The notes under the pieces were generated by a model. The model was not told where the DNA came from, made no database searches, and saw only the letters and a list, made by a program, of their open reading frames with translations. Source: Solirubrobacterales bacterium (GTDB lineage Bacteria > Actinomycetota > Thermoleophilia > Solirubrobacterales > 70-9). From it: a stretch of 64,000 bases of DNA. The position numbers were made by a program, and so were the translations under genes. The DNA is taken from the NCBI GenBank assembly GCA_035281725.1, contig DATEDJ010000004.1:5915-69914 (forward strand), in the 5' to 3' direction. Of this stretch, positions 45,282 through 54,326 are shown piece by piece. The first letter of the stretch is position 1, and each line of letters opens with the position of its first letter.

Positions 45282-45464
45282 TTAGGCGGCGGCGAGCTGA
45301 AGTTCGCGCGTATCCGGCGCGACGTTGTCCTCGATCGCGTGCAGCGGGGTGGCCGTGCGGGCGAGGCGGTAGATCTGGGCGACGGCGTCACTCTGGCTGA
45401 CACCGCGGCGCTCGCTGACGGGCTTGCCGTCGCGATACAGGGTCACGTTCCAGGTCTTCTCCAT
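45282..45464 (-). CDS. Small hypothetical protein (60 aa)
   Basis: Met-18 of the listed ORF gives MEKTWNVTLYRDGKPVSERRGVSQSDAVAQIYRLARTATPLHAIEDNVAPDTRELQLAAA, preceded by GGAAGAG. The composition looks coding. No family recognised. Confidence 0.5.
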   Translation of the reverse strand: MEKTWNVTLYRDGKPVSERRGVSQSDAVAQIYRLARTATPLHAIEDNVAPDTRELQLAAA

Positions 45465-45481
45465 GATGAGTCTCTTCCGTG

Positions 45482-45560
45482 TTGCTTGCGGCTTGTATAC
45501 AAGTATCGACAGCAAGCGAACAGGCGTTTGTGACCGCGCTCACTCGGTGACGGATGTCAC
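45482..45560. promoter_or_regulatory. Low-GC divergent promoter island with the perfect 12-bp palindrome CTTGTATACAAG (45492-45503) and GTGAC-N4-GTCAC (45547-45560)
   Basis: Read directly. The palindrome is nested in TTGCTTGC...GCAAGCGA (45482-45520). Candidate operator sites. Confidence 0.4.
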
Positions 45561-45610
45561 ATGGCAGGCGCGATCGGAGCGAACGCGGCGGATCGATAGA
45601 TTCCCCCTCG

Positions 45611-46576
45611 ATGCTTGCCGCCCGCGCCGTCGCCGCCTCGATGGAGGACCCGCTCTCGGCGCTCGAGGTGGGCCAGGTCGACGAGCCCGACGTGCCCGAC
45701 GGCTGGGAGCTGGTCGAGGTCGAGGCCGCCTCGCTGAACCACCACGACGTCTGGTCGCTGCGCGGGATCGGCCTGCCGGAGGAGCGCCTGCCGATGATCC
45801 TCGGCTGCGACGCCGCCGGGACCGATTCGAAGGGCGACGAGGTGATCGTCCACGCGGTGATCGGCGACCCCGACTTCCCCGGCGGCGAACTGACCGACCC
45901 GAGGCGCACGCTGCTCTCCGAGCTTCACCCCGGCACGCTGGCCGAGCAGGTCGCGGTGCCGCGCCGCAACCTGGTGCCGAAGCCGCCGGAGCTGAGCTTC
46001 GCCGAGGCATGCTGCCTGCCGACCGCGTGGCTGACCGCCTACCGGATGCTGTTCGACCGCTCCGGCCTGACGCCGGGCCAGACGGTGCTGATCCAAGGCG
46101 CCGGCGGCGGCGTCGCCAGCGCCGCGATCGCGCTCGGCCGGGCGGGCGGCTTCCGCGTCTGGGCGACCAGCCGCGAGGAGCGCAAGCGGGAATACGCAAC
46201 CGAGCTCGGCGCCCACGCGGTCTTCGAGTCTGGGGCGAGGCTGCCGGAGAAAGTCGACGTCGTGATCGAGACCGTCGGCAAAGCCACCTGGGGACACTCG
46301 CTGCGCTCGCTGAAGCCGGGCGGCCGGATCGTCGTCGCCGGGGCGACCAGCGGCCTGGACCCCTCGGCCGAGCTGAGCCGGGTGTTCTTCAAAGAGCTCC
46401 AGGTGGTCGGCTCGACGATGGGCACGCTGGACGAGCTGGCGCGCCTGGTCTCCCTGGTCGAGTTGACCGGGATCCGCCCGCGGATCGACCGGGTGCTGCC
46501 GCTGAGCGAGGCCGGCGAGGGGATCAGGGCGCTCGCCGAGGGCGATGTGCTCGGCAAGATTGTGATCGAACCGTAA
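45611..46576 (+). CDS. Zinc-type alcohol dehydrogenase / quinone oxidoreductase (MDR superfamily)
   Basis: The internal ATG at 45611 gives MLAARAVAASMEDPLSALEVGQVDEPDVPDGWELVEVEAASLNHHDVW. QTVLIQGAGGGVASAAIALGRAGG is the Rossmann motif. 321 aa. Confidence 0.85.
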   Translation: MLAARAVAASMEDPLSALEVGQVDEPDVPDGWELVEVEAASLNHHDVWSLRGIGLPEERLPMILGCDAAGTDSKGDEVIVHAVIGDPDFPGGELTDPRRTLLSELHPGTLAEQVAVPRRNLVPKPPELSFAEACCLPTAWLTAYRMLFDRSGLTPGQTVLIQGAGGGVASAAIALGRAGGFRVWATSREERKREYATELGAHAVFESGARLPEKVDVVIETVGKATWGHSLRSLKPGGRIVVAGATSGLDPSAELSRVFFKELQVVGSTMGTLDELARLVSLVELTGIRPRIDRVLPLSEAGEGIRALAEGDVLGKIVIEP

Positions 46577-46594
46577 GTCAGGAGTAGTGATTGC

Positions 46595-47305
46595 ATGATG
46601 CTTTCGACCAAGAAGACCGCCGTCGTCCTGACCATCTCGGCGCTGGTTGCCGCCTGCGTCCTCCTCCCCGCCGCCGCCGGAGCCGCGACGGGACGCACCG
46701 TCGCCGTCACCGCGTCGGCCACGGTGAAAGTCCCGAACGACACGGCGAAGCTCGGCTTCGGCGTGAAACGCGAAAAGAAGACGCGCGGCGCCGCCCTCCA
46801 GGCGACCGCCGCCGGACTGCGCAAGGTGATCGCCGCGGCCCAGGCCTTCCCCGGCGTCGGCGAAGGCGACATCCGCACCGGCCGGATCAACGTGCGGCCG
46901 GTGCAGAAGGGCAAGGTCACGGTCTACCGCGCCACCGAGGGCATCAGCGTGACCCTTCACGAACCGTCGAAGGCCGGCGAACTGATCTCCAAGGGCCTGG
47001 CCGCCGGGGCGACCGGGGTCAGCGGCCCGAGCTTCAGCGTCGGCAACGAAGAAGAAGCGTTCGCCAAGGTGCTCGCCGCCGCCTTCGTGAAGGCGAAGGA
47101 ACGGGCGACCGTGCTGGCCGCCCAGGCGGGCGCGACGCTCGGCGCCGCGATCACGATCGAAGAAGGCGAAGGCGCCGAATTCATCGGCCCGCGGTCTTTC
47201 GAGACCGCCGCCGAAAGCAAGGGCGCCCCGGCGCCGACCCCGCCGACCAAGCCCGGCACCTCGACGGTGAAGGCGACCGTTCACGTCGTCTTCGAACTGA
47301 CCTAG
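46595..47305 (+). CDS. SIMPL/DUF541-domain secreted protein
   Basis: 236 aa with a signal peptide and AGGAG 11 nt upstream. TVAVTASATVKVPNDTAKLGFGV...STVKATVHVVFEL is the typical SIMPL layout. Confidence 0.78.
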   Translation: MMLSTKKTAVVLTISALVAACVLLPAAAGAATGRTVAVTASATVKVPNDTAKLGFGVKREKKTRGAALQATAAGLRKVIAAAQAFPGVGEGDIRTGRINVRPVQKGKVTVYRATEGISVTLHEPSKAGELISKGLAAGATGVSGPSFSVGNEEEAFAKVLAAAFVKAKERATVLAAQAGATLGAAITIEEGEGAEFIGPRSFETAAESKGAPAPTPPTKPGTSTVKATVHVVFELT

Positions 47306-47356
47306 TGGCTGATTCCACGGCACGGGGCCCAGGTGGGTGACCGGGGCCGTGCAGAA

Positions 47357-47740
47357 GCCGTGGATGCCGGTCCGACCCGGGGCTTCTGAGGTCGGCCCGG
47401 CATCCACGGCTCCTCGGGAGGCGGGGAGGGTCACGGAAGGCGCGGGAAGTGACGCTTCCGCGAGGCTTCGGTGCGGGACCCCGGCCACCGCCTTTGCTCC
47501 AGATGATGTGTGTTTAGTTTCGGGTCCATAGCAACCGAAACTAAACACACATCTTTCTGAGCGGTGAGCGCCACGCGAGATGCCGAGGAGCCCTCACGCC
47601 TCCGTCCCGAGACCCGCGCCTGTTCGAAACTTCTCCGCTCCGGCGGCTGATGGGCGGCCATAGCCGCCAGGGCCGCCCATCAGCCGCGAGGCGACAGCTT
47701 CCCCCACGCCGGGGCTCGAGGCGCCAGCTTCCCGTCCGCC
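47357..47740. repeat. Hairpin F copy 2 (47357-47410) directly abutting composite repeat C copy 2 (47424-47740)
   Basis: F2 has a 21-bp stem. C2 has a 28-bp AT-rich hairpin (47496-47562) and a 17-bp hairpin (47643-47687). The flank ccacggctcctcgggaggcg is shared with the reverse complement of 34281-34300. Confidence 0.85.
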
Positions 47741-47792
47741 GGGCCCGCCCCGCCCGGCGTCGTCGGATCAGTCATCTAGCGGCGCAGGGCGC

Positions 47793-48395
47793 TCAGCCCG
47801 GCCGCCGCAACGTGCCGACCACGTCGTAGAGGTCGGCATCGAGCAGGTCCTCGCGGCGGGACTCCCACTTCAGGCCGGCGGCCTCGAGGACGGACAGCTC
47901 GTCCGAGGTCACCGGCCAGGGCCGGGTCTCGCCGCGCCGGTGTGAATCGCGGCCGAGGGCGAACAGCCAGAGCAGGCCGCCAGGGGCGACCGTCGCGGCG
48001 ATCGCCGTGGCCGCCGCCGCCCGGTCGCCGATCGGCAGCGACTGGAGGGTGCGGATCTCGACCACCAGGTCGAAGCATTCGCGCCACGCGGCCGGCAGGT
48101 CGAGGAGGTCGGCGACGCGGTAGTCGACGCTGCTCTCGGGGAAGCGCCCGCGCGCCCGCTCAATCGCGGTCGGCGAGAGATCGAAGGCGGTGACCTCGAA
48201 GCCGCGGCGGGACAGCTCCTCGGCATCGTCGCCGAGGCCGGTGCCGATCACCAGCGCCGCCCCGCTCACGCCGGCGCCCTTGCCGTCCAGCCACTCGACC
48301 AGCAGCGGGAATGGCTTCAGGCTCGCCCAGGGCAGGGCGGCGAGATCGTCCCCCGCCGCCGCGTACATCTCCTCGAAGCTCCTCGGCTGCTCCAC
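47793..48395 (-). CDS. Class I SAM-dependent methyltransferase
   Basis: 200 aa. ALVIGTGLGDDAEELSRRGFEVTAFDLSPTAI (motif I / post-I), and PGGLLWL. Confidence 0.85.
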   Translation of the reverse strand: MEQPRSFEEMYAAAGDDLAALPWASLKPFPLLVEWLDGKGAGVSGAALVIGTGLGDDAEELSRRGFEVTAFDLSPTAIERARGRFPESSVDYRVADLLDLPAAWRECFDLVVEIRTLQSLPIGDRAAAATAIAATVAPGGLLWLFALGRDSHRRGETRPWPVTSDELSVLEAAGLKWESRREDLLDADLYDVVGTLRRPG

Positions 48396-48417
48396 GCGGC
48401 CACGATATGCCGTCCGC

Positions 48418-49209
48418 CTATTCGGCGGCGATGGCGCTGCCGGTGACCCGGCAGACGTCGCTGTTGCCGGCCACGAAGATCGCCAGCGGAATCGAGATCG
48501 TCCGGGACGAGTCGCGGTAGACGAGCGTCATCGATGCGTTGATCGAGCCTGGGTTTTCGGAGAAGATCTTCTGCACTTCCGTCGGCGCCGCGGGTTCGAG
48601 CAGGACGTTCCCGACTTTCGCGCTGCTTCCGATCACCAGCGAGTAGTCGATGCTCGAGCCGGCCGGACCGGTGGCGAGGAGCTGGAGGTAGGTATGGGTC
48701 CCGCCGAGCTCGGAATCGAAGCAGACCGCGCTCAGGTTCATCGGCCCCAGCGCCAGGAGGGTCCTCTGCGGTCCCGACAGTTCGGATTCCCAGTGCGCTT
48801 CGTAGGAGATCGACTGGAGATCGGCGGCGGGGACGAAGGCCGCGGGCCCGAGCCCGTCGAGCGTCGCCGCGTCACCGGCGCGGGCCGCGGTATCGGCGCT
48901 GGTCGCGTGGTCGGCGGAGGCGGCGCTGCCGGCCCTCGTCGCCGTGTCGGCGCCGGTCGCGTGGGCGGCGCTGGTCGCGGTGCCTGCCGTCGCCGCGCTC
49001 GGGACCTGGCCGAGGGTCGAGGCCTTGATGTCGGTGCCGGTCAGCGAGCCGTCCTTCACCTTGGCCCCGGTCACCGCGCCGTTCTTCAGCTGCGGGGTGC
49101 CGACGCTGTTCTTCGGGAGGGCGGTGGCGGCCCAGGTCGCTCCCCCGAGCAGGAGGAAGAGGCAGATCGTCGAGACGACGTTGGCGTAGGTGAGGCGAGG
49201 GCGTCGCAT
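48418..49209 (-). CDS. Secreted/anchored protein with tail-fibre-like Ala/Thr/Ser repeats and a variable C-terminal domain (paralog 2)
   Basis: 263 aa. Signal-anchor TYANVVSTICLFLLLGGATWA. SVGTPQLKNGAVTGAKVKDGSLTGTDIK. ...HATSADTAARAGDAATLDGLGPAAF. The start overlaps the upstream paralog's stop (ATGA). Confidence 0.7.
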   Translation of the reverse strand: MRRPRLTYANVVSTICLFLLLGGATWAATALPKNSVGTPQLKNGAVTGAKVKDGSLTGTDIKASTLGQVPSAATAGTATSAAHATGADTATRAGSAASADHATSADTAARAGDAATLDGLGPAAFVPAADLQSISYEAHWESELSGPQRTLLALGPMNLSAVCFDSELGGTHTYLQLLATGPAGSSIDYSLVIGSSAKVGNVLLEPAAPTEVQKIFSENPGSINASMTLVYRDSSRTISIPLAIFVAGNSDVCRVTGSAIAAE

Positions 49210-50003
49210 CAGCCCGTCACCGCGGCGGTGCCGGAGACCTGGCAGGCGTGGCTCGACAGGACGCGCGACTCGAGCGTGATCTGGATCCCCCGTTCGGCGT
49301 CGGTGTAGAGCAGGTTGCCGACCGCCTGGCCACCGGGGCCGGCGTTGGTGCCGATGGACCAGACTTCAGTGGGGGCCGCGCCGAGTCCGCGTTCGCCGAC
49401 GATCGGTTCCTCGGTTGAGTTCACCCGTCTGACGTATCCCGCGTCTATCCGCGCCCCGCCCACTGAAGAAGTCGCGAGGATCTCGAACAGGGTCGACCCG
49501 GCGAGCCCACCTTCGCTACAGAAGGCCGACAGCACGAGCCCGTCGGCCGCATAGATCGTCACCGGTTCGGCCCCATAGACAGGGTTGGCGTCGATCCGGG
49601 TGATTCCTCCGGCGGGATAGAAGGCCGAGGGCCCGAGGCCGTCGAGCGTCGCCGCGTCGCCGGCGCGGGTCGCGGTGTCGGCGCTCGTCGCGTGGTCGGC
49701 CTGGGCAGCGCTCGCCGCCCGGGTCGCCGTGTCGGCGCCGGTCGCGTGGGAGGCACTGGTCGCGGTCCCCGCCGTCGCCGCGCTCGGGACCTGGCCGAGG
49801 GTCGAGGACTTGATGTCGGTGCCGGTGAGCGAGCCGTCCTTCACCTTCGCCCCGGTCACCGCGCCGCTCTTCAGCTGCGGGGTGCCGACGCTGTTCTTGG
49901 CCAGCTGGTCCTTCGCCGCCCAGGCGGCGCCCCCGAGCAGGAGGAAGAGGCAGATCGTCGAGACGACGTTGGCGTAGGTGAGGCGGGAGGTCGGTCGATC
50001 CAT
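49209..50003 (-). CDS. Secreted/anchored protein with tail-fibre-like repeats (paralog 1)
   Basis: 264 aa. The N-terminal ~125 aa are almost identical to the 48418-49209 product. The C-terminal ~135 aa are diverged. Confidence 0.7.
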   Translation of the reverse strand: MDRPTSRLTYANVVSTICLFLLLGGAAWAAKDQLAKNSVGTPQLKSGAVTGAKVKDGSLTGTDIKSSTLGQVPSAATAGTATSASHATGADTATRAASAAQADHATSADTATRAGDAATLDGLGPSAFYPAGGITRIDANPVYGAEPVTIYAADGLVLSAFCSEGGLAGSTLFEILATSSVGGARIDAGYVRRVNSTEEPIVGERGLGAAPTEVWSIGTNAGPGGQAVGNLLYTDAERGIQITLESRVLSSHACQVSGTAAVTG

Positions 50004-50255
50004 GAAGGCTGCTCACTCAGGTGAGTCGGGCCGACATCCTACGCATTTCCCACCGGATCCCATCCATCCTGCGGGCCGCCCGCCCGCATGTCGGCCAGGC
50101 TCGCTCCACTACAGCCCGGGGAGCGCGGCGAGGCGGAGGAGAGAAAGCCGCGCCGCGCTCCCGGGCGTCCGACACGACATGGCGGCGACATACCCGTCGG
50201 GGCTTCCTGTCTAACCCGTGCCGGGACGGGCGATCGATAGGAAACCCAAAAGTTC

Positions 50256-50285
50256 TTGACTAATCGCCAGAGGTTTGGCTAGCCT
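50256..50285 (+). promoter_or_regulatory. Sigma-70-like promoter upstream of the lipase gene
   Basis: TTGACT (50256-50261), an 18-nt spacer, then TAGCCT (50280-50285). A GGGAGG SD lies at 50335-50340, 8 nt before the ATG at 50349. Confidence 0.45.
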
Positions 50286-50348
50286 GCGATCCGGCTAAGA
50301 ACCCCTTCGAAATTCTGTTCGGCAGAGTCCTGACTGGGAGGCGAGACG

Positions 50349-51671
50349 ATGACCGGCTTTTTGCGACGCATGACGTGCGGGGTGGTGCTGCTGGCAGTGG
50401 CCCTGGCGATGTTGGTGATAGTGGCCCCGGTGGCGCAGGCGGCACCCCCGACCCCCGAAGAAGACCCCTTCTACCAGTACACCGGCACCAAACCCCTGAG
50501 CGAAATCGCCCCCGGCACGGTGCTGAAAACGCGCACGCTGAGCTACCACGTGGTCGGCCTGCCGACCGCGGTGCCGGCGATCCAGCTGCTCTACCGGGCC
50601 AACAACGAGCTCGGCGAACCGACCGTCAACGTCACCTCGGTGCTGAAACCGCTGCTCACCATCGGCACGCCCCAGGTGGTCGCCTACCAGTCCTTCTACG
50701 ACTCCTTGAACCCGGTCGACGAGCCCTCCTACGCGATCAGCGGCGGGCTCACGCTCGGCGGCGCGATCCCGCAGGTCGAGTCGTCGCTGATCGGGTCCTC
50801 GCTGCTGGCGGGCCGCACCGTCGTGATCGCCGACACCGAGGGCGAGACGGCCGACTTCGCCGCCGGCCCGGAGTACGGGACCAACACGCTCGACAGCCTC
50901 AAGGCCGCCATCGCCTCCCCCGCGACCGGCCTCTCCTCGACCAAAAAGATCGCGATGATCGGCTATTCCGGCGGCGCGATCGCGACCGAGTGGGCGGCCG
51001 AGCTCGCCCCCACCTACGCGCCGACGATCAACAGCAAGCTCGTCGGGGCGACGATGGGCGGCGTCCTCGTCGACCCGGCCCACAACCTGCACTACGTCGA
51101 CGGCAGCCTCAGCTGGGCGGGGGTGATGCCGATGGCGATCATCGGCGTCTCGCGCGCCTTCCACATCGACCTCACCCCGTACCTGAGCGCCTACGGCAAA
51201 CAGGTCTACGCCAAACTCGAAAAAGCGTCGATCGCCAACGTGCTCGCCCAGTACCCGGGCCTGACCTGGACGGAACTGGCGAAGCCCGAATACGCGACGC
51301 CGGAGAGCATCCCGGTCTACGTCCACACCGTGAACCAGCTGATCATGGGCACCCGCGGCACGCCGACGACGCCGCTGCAGATCTCCCAGGGCGCGCTCGG
51401 GGAGCTGGAAGGGACGCTGGGCAACAAGCCGGGGATCGGCGAGGGCGACGGGGTGATGATCGCCGGCGACGTCCGCACCCTGGCGCGTCAGTACTGCGGC
51501 AAAGGCACCAAGGTCTCCTACACCCAGTACGCGCTCGGCCACATCGGCACCGCGGTCCCCTGGATCGCCGAAGCGATGGCCTGGATGAACAACCGGTTCC
51601 TCGGCTTCCCCGCGCCGTCGAACTGCTCGAGCATCGAACCGGGCAACTCCCTCGCCCCGATCGCCGAATAG
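50349..51671 (+). CDS. Secretory lipase (LIP family, PF03583-like)
   Basis: 440 aa with a signal peptide. EEDPFYQYTG...PGTVLKTR is a typical LIP N-terminus. GYSGGAIATEWAAELAPTYAP carries the nucleophile elbow. Confidence 0.85.
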   Translation: MTGFLRRMTCGVVLLAVALAMLVIVAPVAQAAPPTPEEDPFYQYTGTKPLSEIAPGTVLKTRTLSYHVVGLPTAVPAIQLLYRANNELGEPTVNVTSVLKPLLTIGTPQVVAYQSFYDSLNPVDEPSYAISGGLTLGGAIPQVESSLIGSSLLAGRTVVIADTEGETADFAAGPEYGTNTLDSLKAAIASPATGLSSTKKIAMIGYSGGAIATEWAAELAPTYAPTINSKLVGATMGGVLVDPAHNLHYVDGSLSWAGVMPMAIIGVSRAFHIDLTPYLSAYGKQVYAKLEKASIANVLAQYPGLTWTELAKPEYATPESIPVYVHTVNQLIMGTRGTPTTPLQISQGALGELEGTLGNKPGIGEGDGVMIAGDVRTLARQYCGKGTKVSYTQYALGHIGTAVPWIAEAMAWMNNRFLGFPAPSNCSSIEPGNSLAPIAE

Positions 51672-51680
51672 AGCGGGGCT

Positions 51681-51711
51681 GGACCGGCCGGGGCGCCGCC
51701 CTGGCCGGTCC
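51681..51711. terminator. 9-bp GC hairpin between the convergent lipase and SIP genes
   Basis: ggaccggcc (51681-51689) pairs with ggccggtcc (51703-51711). Confidence 0.4.
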
Positions 51712-51716
51712 GCCGC

Positions 51717-52454
51717 TCAGCGGGCGGCGGCTTCGGCCTCGACCTGGCGGTTCCAGTCGGCTTTCGCCTCGCGCCAACCTTCGTCGGTGAGGGTGCGTTT
51801 CCAGTAGCCGGAGGCGGAGAGCGACGCGGCGGGGATGCCGCGGTCGCTCACCAGGTGACGGCGGGCGAGGCGGACCGAGGTGGCCTCGCCGTGGAGGAAG
51901 ACGTGCGGGTCGCCGGGCGGGAAGTCGAGGGCGGCGATCGCCTCGGCGAGGCCCTCGTCGGCGTCGCCATACAGCCAGTGCAGGTGGAGGTCGCCGGGGG
52001 TCGCCAGCTCGACCTCCTCCTCGGGGCCGTGGACCTGGAGGAGGACGTGGACGGTGGCGCCCGCCGGGATCCGGGCCAGCGAGGCCGAGATCGCCGGGAC
52101 CACGCTGATGTCGCCCGCCATCAGGTGCCAGGGAGCGTCGGGGTCGGGGGCGTAGCCGCCGCCCGGGCCGCGCAGGTCGATCGTGTCACCGGGCGCGGCG
52201 GCCGCGGCCCAAGGGCCGGCGATCCCCTCGTCGCCGTGGACGACGAAGTCGATCGTCAGGAGGCGCCGCTCGCGGTCCCACTCGCGCACCGTGTAGGTGC
52301 GGACCTTCGGCCGCTCGTCCTCCGGCGCGCCCGGGCGCGGGAACTGAAGCTTCACGTAGTGGTCGGTGTACTCCCCAAGCTCGAACCCGTCGAGCCCGGC
52401 GCCGCCGAAGACGATCCGGGTCAGGGTCGGCGTGAGCGGCTCGGTCGATTCCAC
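51717..52454 (-). CDS. Siderophore-interacting protein (FAD-binding ferric-siderophore reductase)
   Basis: Body: LTPTLTRIVFGG...RTYTVREWD...HLMAGDISVVPAISASL...VFLHGEATSVRLARRHL...GYWKRTLTDEGWREAKADW. The listed ORF starts at 52733 with about 90 implausible Arg-rich residues. The in-frame GTG at 52454 (VESTEPLTP) gives 245 aa. The exact start is uncertain. Confidence 0.8.
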   Translation of the reverse strand: MESTEPLTPTLTRIVFGGAGLDGFELGEYTDHYVKLQFPRPGAPEDERPKVRTYTVREWDRERRLLTIDFVVHGDEGIAGPWAAAAAPGDTIDLRGPGGGYAPDPDAPWHLMAGDISVVPAISASLARIPAGATVHVLLQVHGPEEEVELATPGDLHLHWLYGDADEGLAEAIAALDFPPGDPHVFLHGEATSVRLARRHLVSDRGIPAASLSASGYWKRTLTDEGWREAKADWNRQVEAEAAAR

Positions 52455-52687
52455 CCGCGCGGTCAGGAGTGGGCGGTTGCGGGCGCGGTCCTTTTCGGCT
52501 TTCGCGGCGATGGAGGGAAGATACGGAGTCGCCGACCTCGATCGCTTCCGCCGCGGGGCGAGCCGAAGGTGCCGCGCATCTCGACCGCGCCGAGGGCGCC
52601 CCCTGACAACGCCGCAGCGGGTTGTCGAGTACCTTGCTCGGCCAGGTTCTGTCCTCGGTGTGTAGCCGCACGGAGAGGGAGCAGGAA

Positions 52688-53599
52688 ATGACGGTTTTCG
52701 AAGCGGGCATTCGCAGCCCGACCGCCTGCGCATGGTGCGGGGCGGACCTTGCGGACGGCGAACGGCTCGAGGGCCGGATCCGCTGCCGTGCCTGCGGTGT
52801 CGCCACCACCGACCCCTGGCCTACCGCGGCGGAGCTCGACGCCGCCTACGCAGGCTCCTACCGCCCGAAGGCGGGTCGCTTCGCCGGGCCCGGCGACCGC
52901 CTTCTGCGGCTGACCCGCTCCCGCCTCGCCCGCCGCATCGACCGGGTGGCTCCGCCGGGTCCGGTGCTCGACGTCGGCACCGGGGATGGGGCCCTGCTTG
53001 AGGCGCTGCGCAAGCACGGCCGTACCGCCGAAGGGCTCGAGCGCGAGGACGGCGGCGCCGGAATCCGCGCCGGGAGCGTCACCGAGGAGCCGCCCGGACA
53101 CTGGGCCGCGATCATCTTCTGGCACTCGCTCGAGCACCTTCCAGAGCCCGGCCGGGCGCTCGATGCTGCCGTCCGCGCCCTGGTCCCGACGGGCGTTCTC
53201 TTCGTCGCCGCGCCCGACGCGAGCAGCTTCCAGGCACGCGCCTTCGGCTCCCGCTGGCTGGCGATCGACGCGCCGCGCCACCTCACCCACATCACCGCCG
53301 TCGCCCTGCGCGCCCGCTTGGACGACGATGGGATGACCGTCACTCGAACGAGGCAGCTGCGCGGCGGCCAAGTCGTCTTCGGCTGGCTCGACGGCCTGGT
53401 CGGCACGCTCCCCGGGCGGCTCGACCTATACGACGCGATCAGGCGGTCGCAGGCCCGCTCGCGCGCGCTCTCCCCCGCCCAGCGCACCGCCACCCTCGTC
53501 GCCGGGGCCGTACTCCTCCCATTCGCCCTCCTCGCGACCGCGGTCGAGGTCGCAGGCCGCCGCTCCGGGACGATGTACGTCGAGGCTCGCCGTGCCTAA
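52688..53599 (+). CDS. Class I SAM-dependent methyltransferase with an N-terminal zinc-ribbon
   Basis: The ATG at 52688 (GAGGGAGCAGGA upstream) gives MTVFEAGIRSPTACAWCGADL...IRCRACG (CxxC...CxxC). VLDVGTGDGALLEAL is motif I. 303 aa. Confidence 0.82.
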   Translation: MTVFEAGIRSPTACAWCGADLADGERLEGRIRCRACGVATTDPWPTAAELDAAYAGSYRPKAGRFAGPGDRLLRLTRSRLARRIDRVAPPGPVLDVGTGDGALLEALRKHGRTAEGLEREDGGAGIRAGSVTEEPPGHWAAIIFWHSLEHLPEPGRALDAAVRALVPTGVLFVAAPDASSFQARAFGSRWLAIDAPRHLTHITAVALRARLDDDGMTVTRTRQLRGGQVVFGWLDGLVGTLPGRLDLYDAIRRSQARSRALSPAQRTATLVAGAVLLPFALLATAVEVAGRRSGTMYVEARRA

Positions 53600-54326
53600 G
53601 GTGGTCGCCGTGATGCCCGCCCTGAACGCGGCGAAGACGCTGCGCGAGACGGTCGAGGCGATCCCCCGCGATGCGGTCGACGAGGTGATCCTGGTTGACG
53701 ACAACTCAACCGACGAGACTCGTGAGCTTGCCCGCGAGCTGCCGCTCCACCTCGTCTGGCACCCCCACAACGCCGGCTACGGCGCCAACCAGAAGACCTG
53801 CTACCTCGAGGCCCTCCAGCGCGAGGCGGACGTCGTCGTGATGATCCACCCCGACGGTCAGTACGAACCGCGGCTGATCCCGGCGATGTGCGCGCCGATC
53901 CTGGCGGGCAAGGCCGACTTGGTACTCGGTTCGCGCTTCGCCGAGCCCGGTATGGCGCTGGCCCAGGGCATGCCGCGCTGGAAGTTCGTCGCCAATCGCG
54001 GCCTCACCGTGATCGAGAACAAGGTGATGGGCACCCACCTGACCGAGGCCCACACCGGCTACCGCGCCTACTCCCGCCGCTTCCTGATGACGGTCCCCTT
54101 TCTCCGCAACGCCAACGACTTCGCCTTCGACACCGAGATCCTGATGCAGGCCGCCGCCTTCGGGATGCAGATCGTCGAGGTGCCCGCCAAAGGCCGCTAC
54201 TTCGAGGACGCCTCCTCGGTCGGGTTCCGCGCTGGCTCCGTCTACGGGGTGAAGACCCTGGTCGCCGCGGCACGGCTCTCGCTGCACCGCCGCGGCCTGG
54301 TTCGCTCGCGCAAATTTCAGGCCTGA
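53592..54326 (+). CDS. Family 2 glycosyltransferase (polyprenyl-phosphate sugar synthase, DPM1/ArnC/GtrB-like)
   Basis: 244 aa. VVAVMPALNAAKTL, VILVDDNSTDET, MIHPDGQY (DxD-type). No TM region. Overlaps the methyltransferase by 8 nt. Confidence 0.85.
   Translation: MPKVVAVMPALNAAKTLRETVEAIPRDAVDEVILVDDNSTDETRELARELPLHLVWHPHNAGYGANQKTCYLEALQREADVVVMIHPDGQYEPRLIPAMCAPILAGKADLVLGSRFAEPGMALAQGMPRWKFVANRGLTVIENKVMGTHLTEAHTGYRAYSRRFLMTVPFLRNANDFAFDTEILMQAAAFGMQIVEVPAKGRYFEDASSVGFRAGSVYGVKTLVAAARLSLHRRGLVRSRKFQA

Noticed and set aside
48418-50003. A diversity-generating retroelement acting on the variable C-termini of the tandem paralogs.
   Set aside because: There is no reverse transcriptase, no template repeat and no adenine-specific mismatch pattern. 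The divergence looks like ordinary paralog divergence plus 5' gene conversion.
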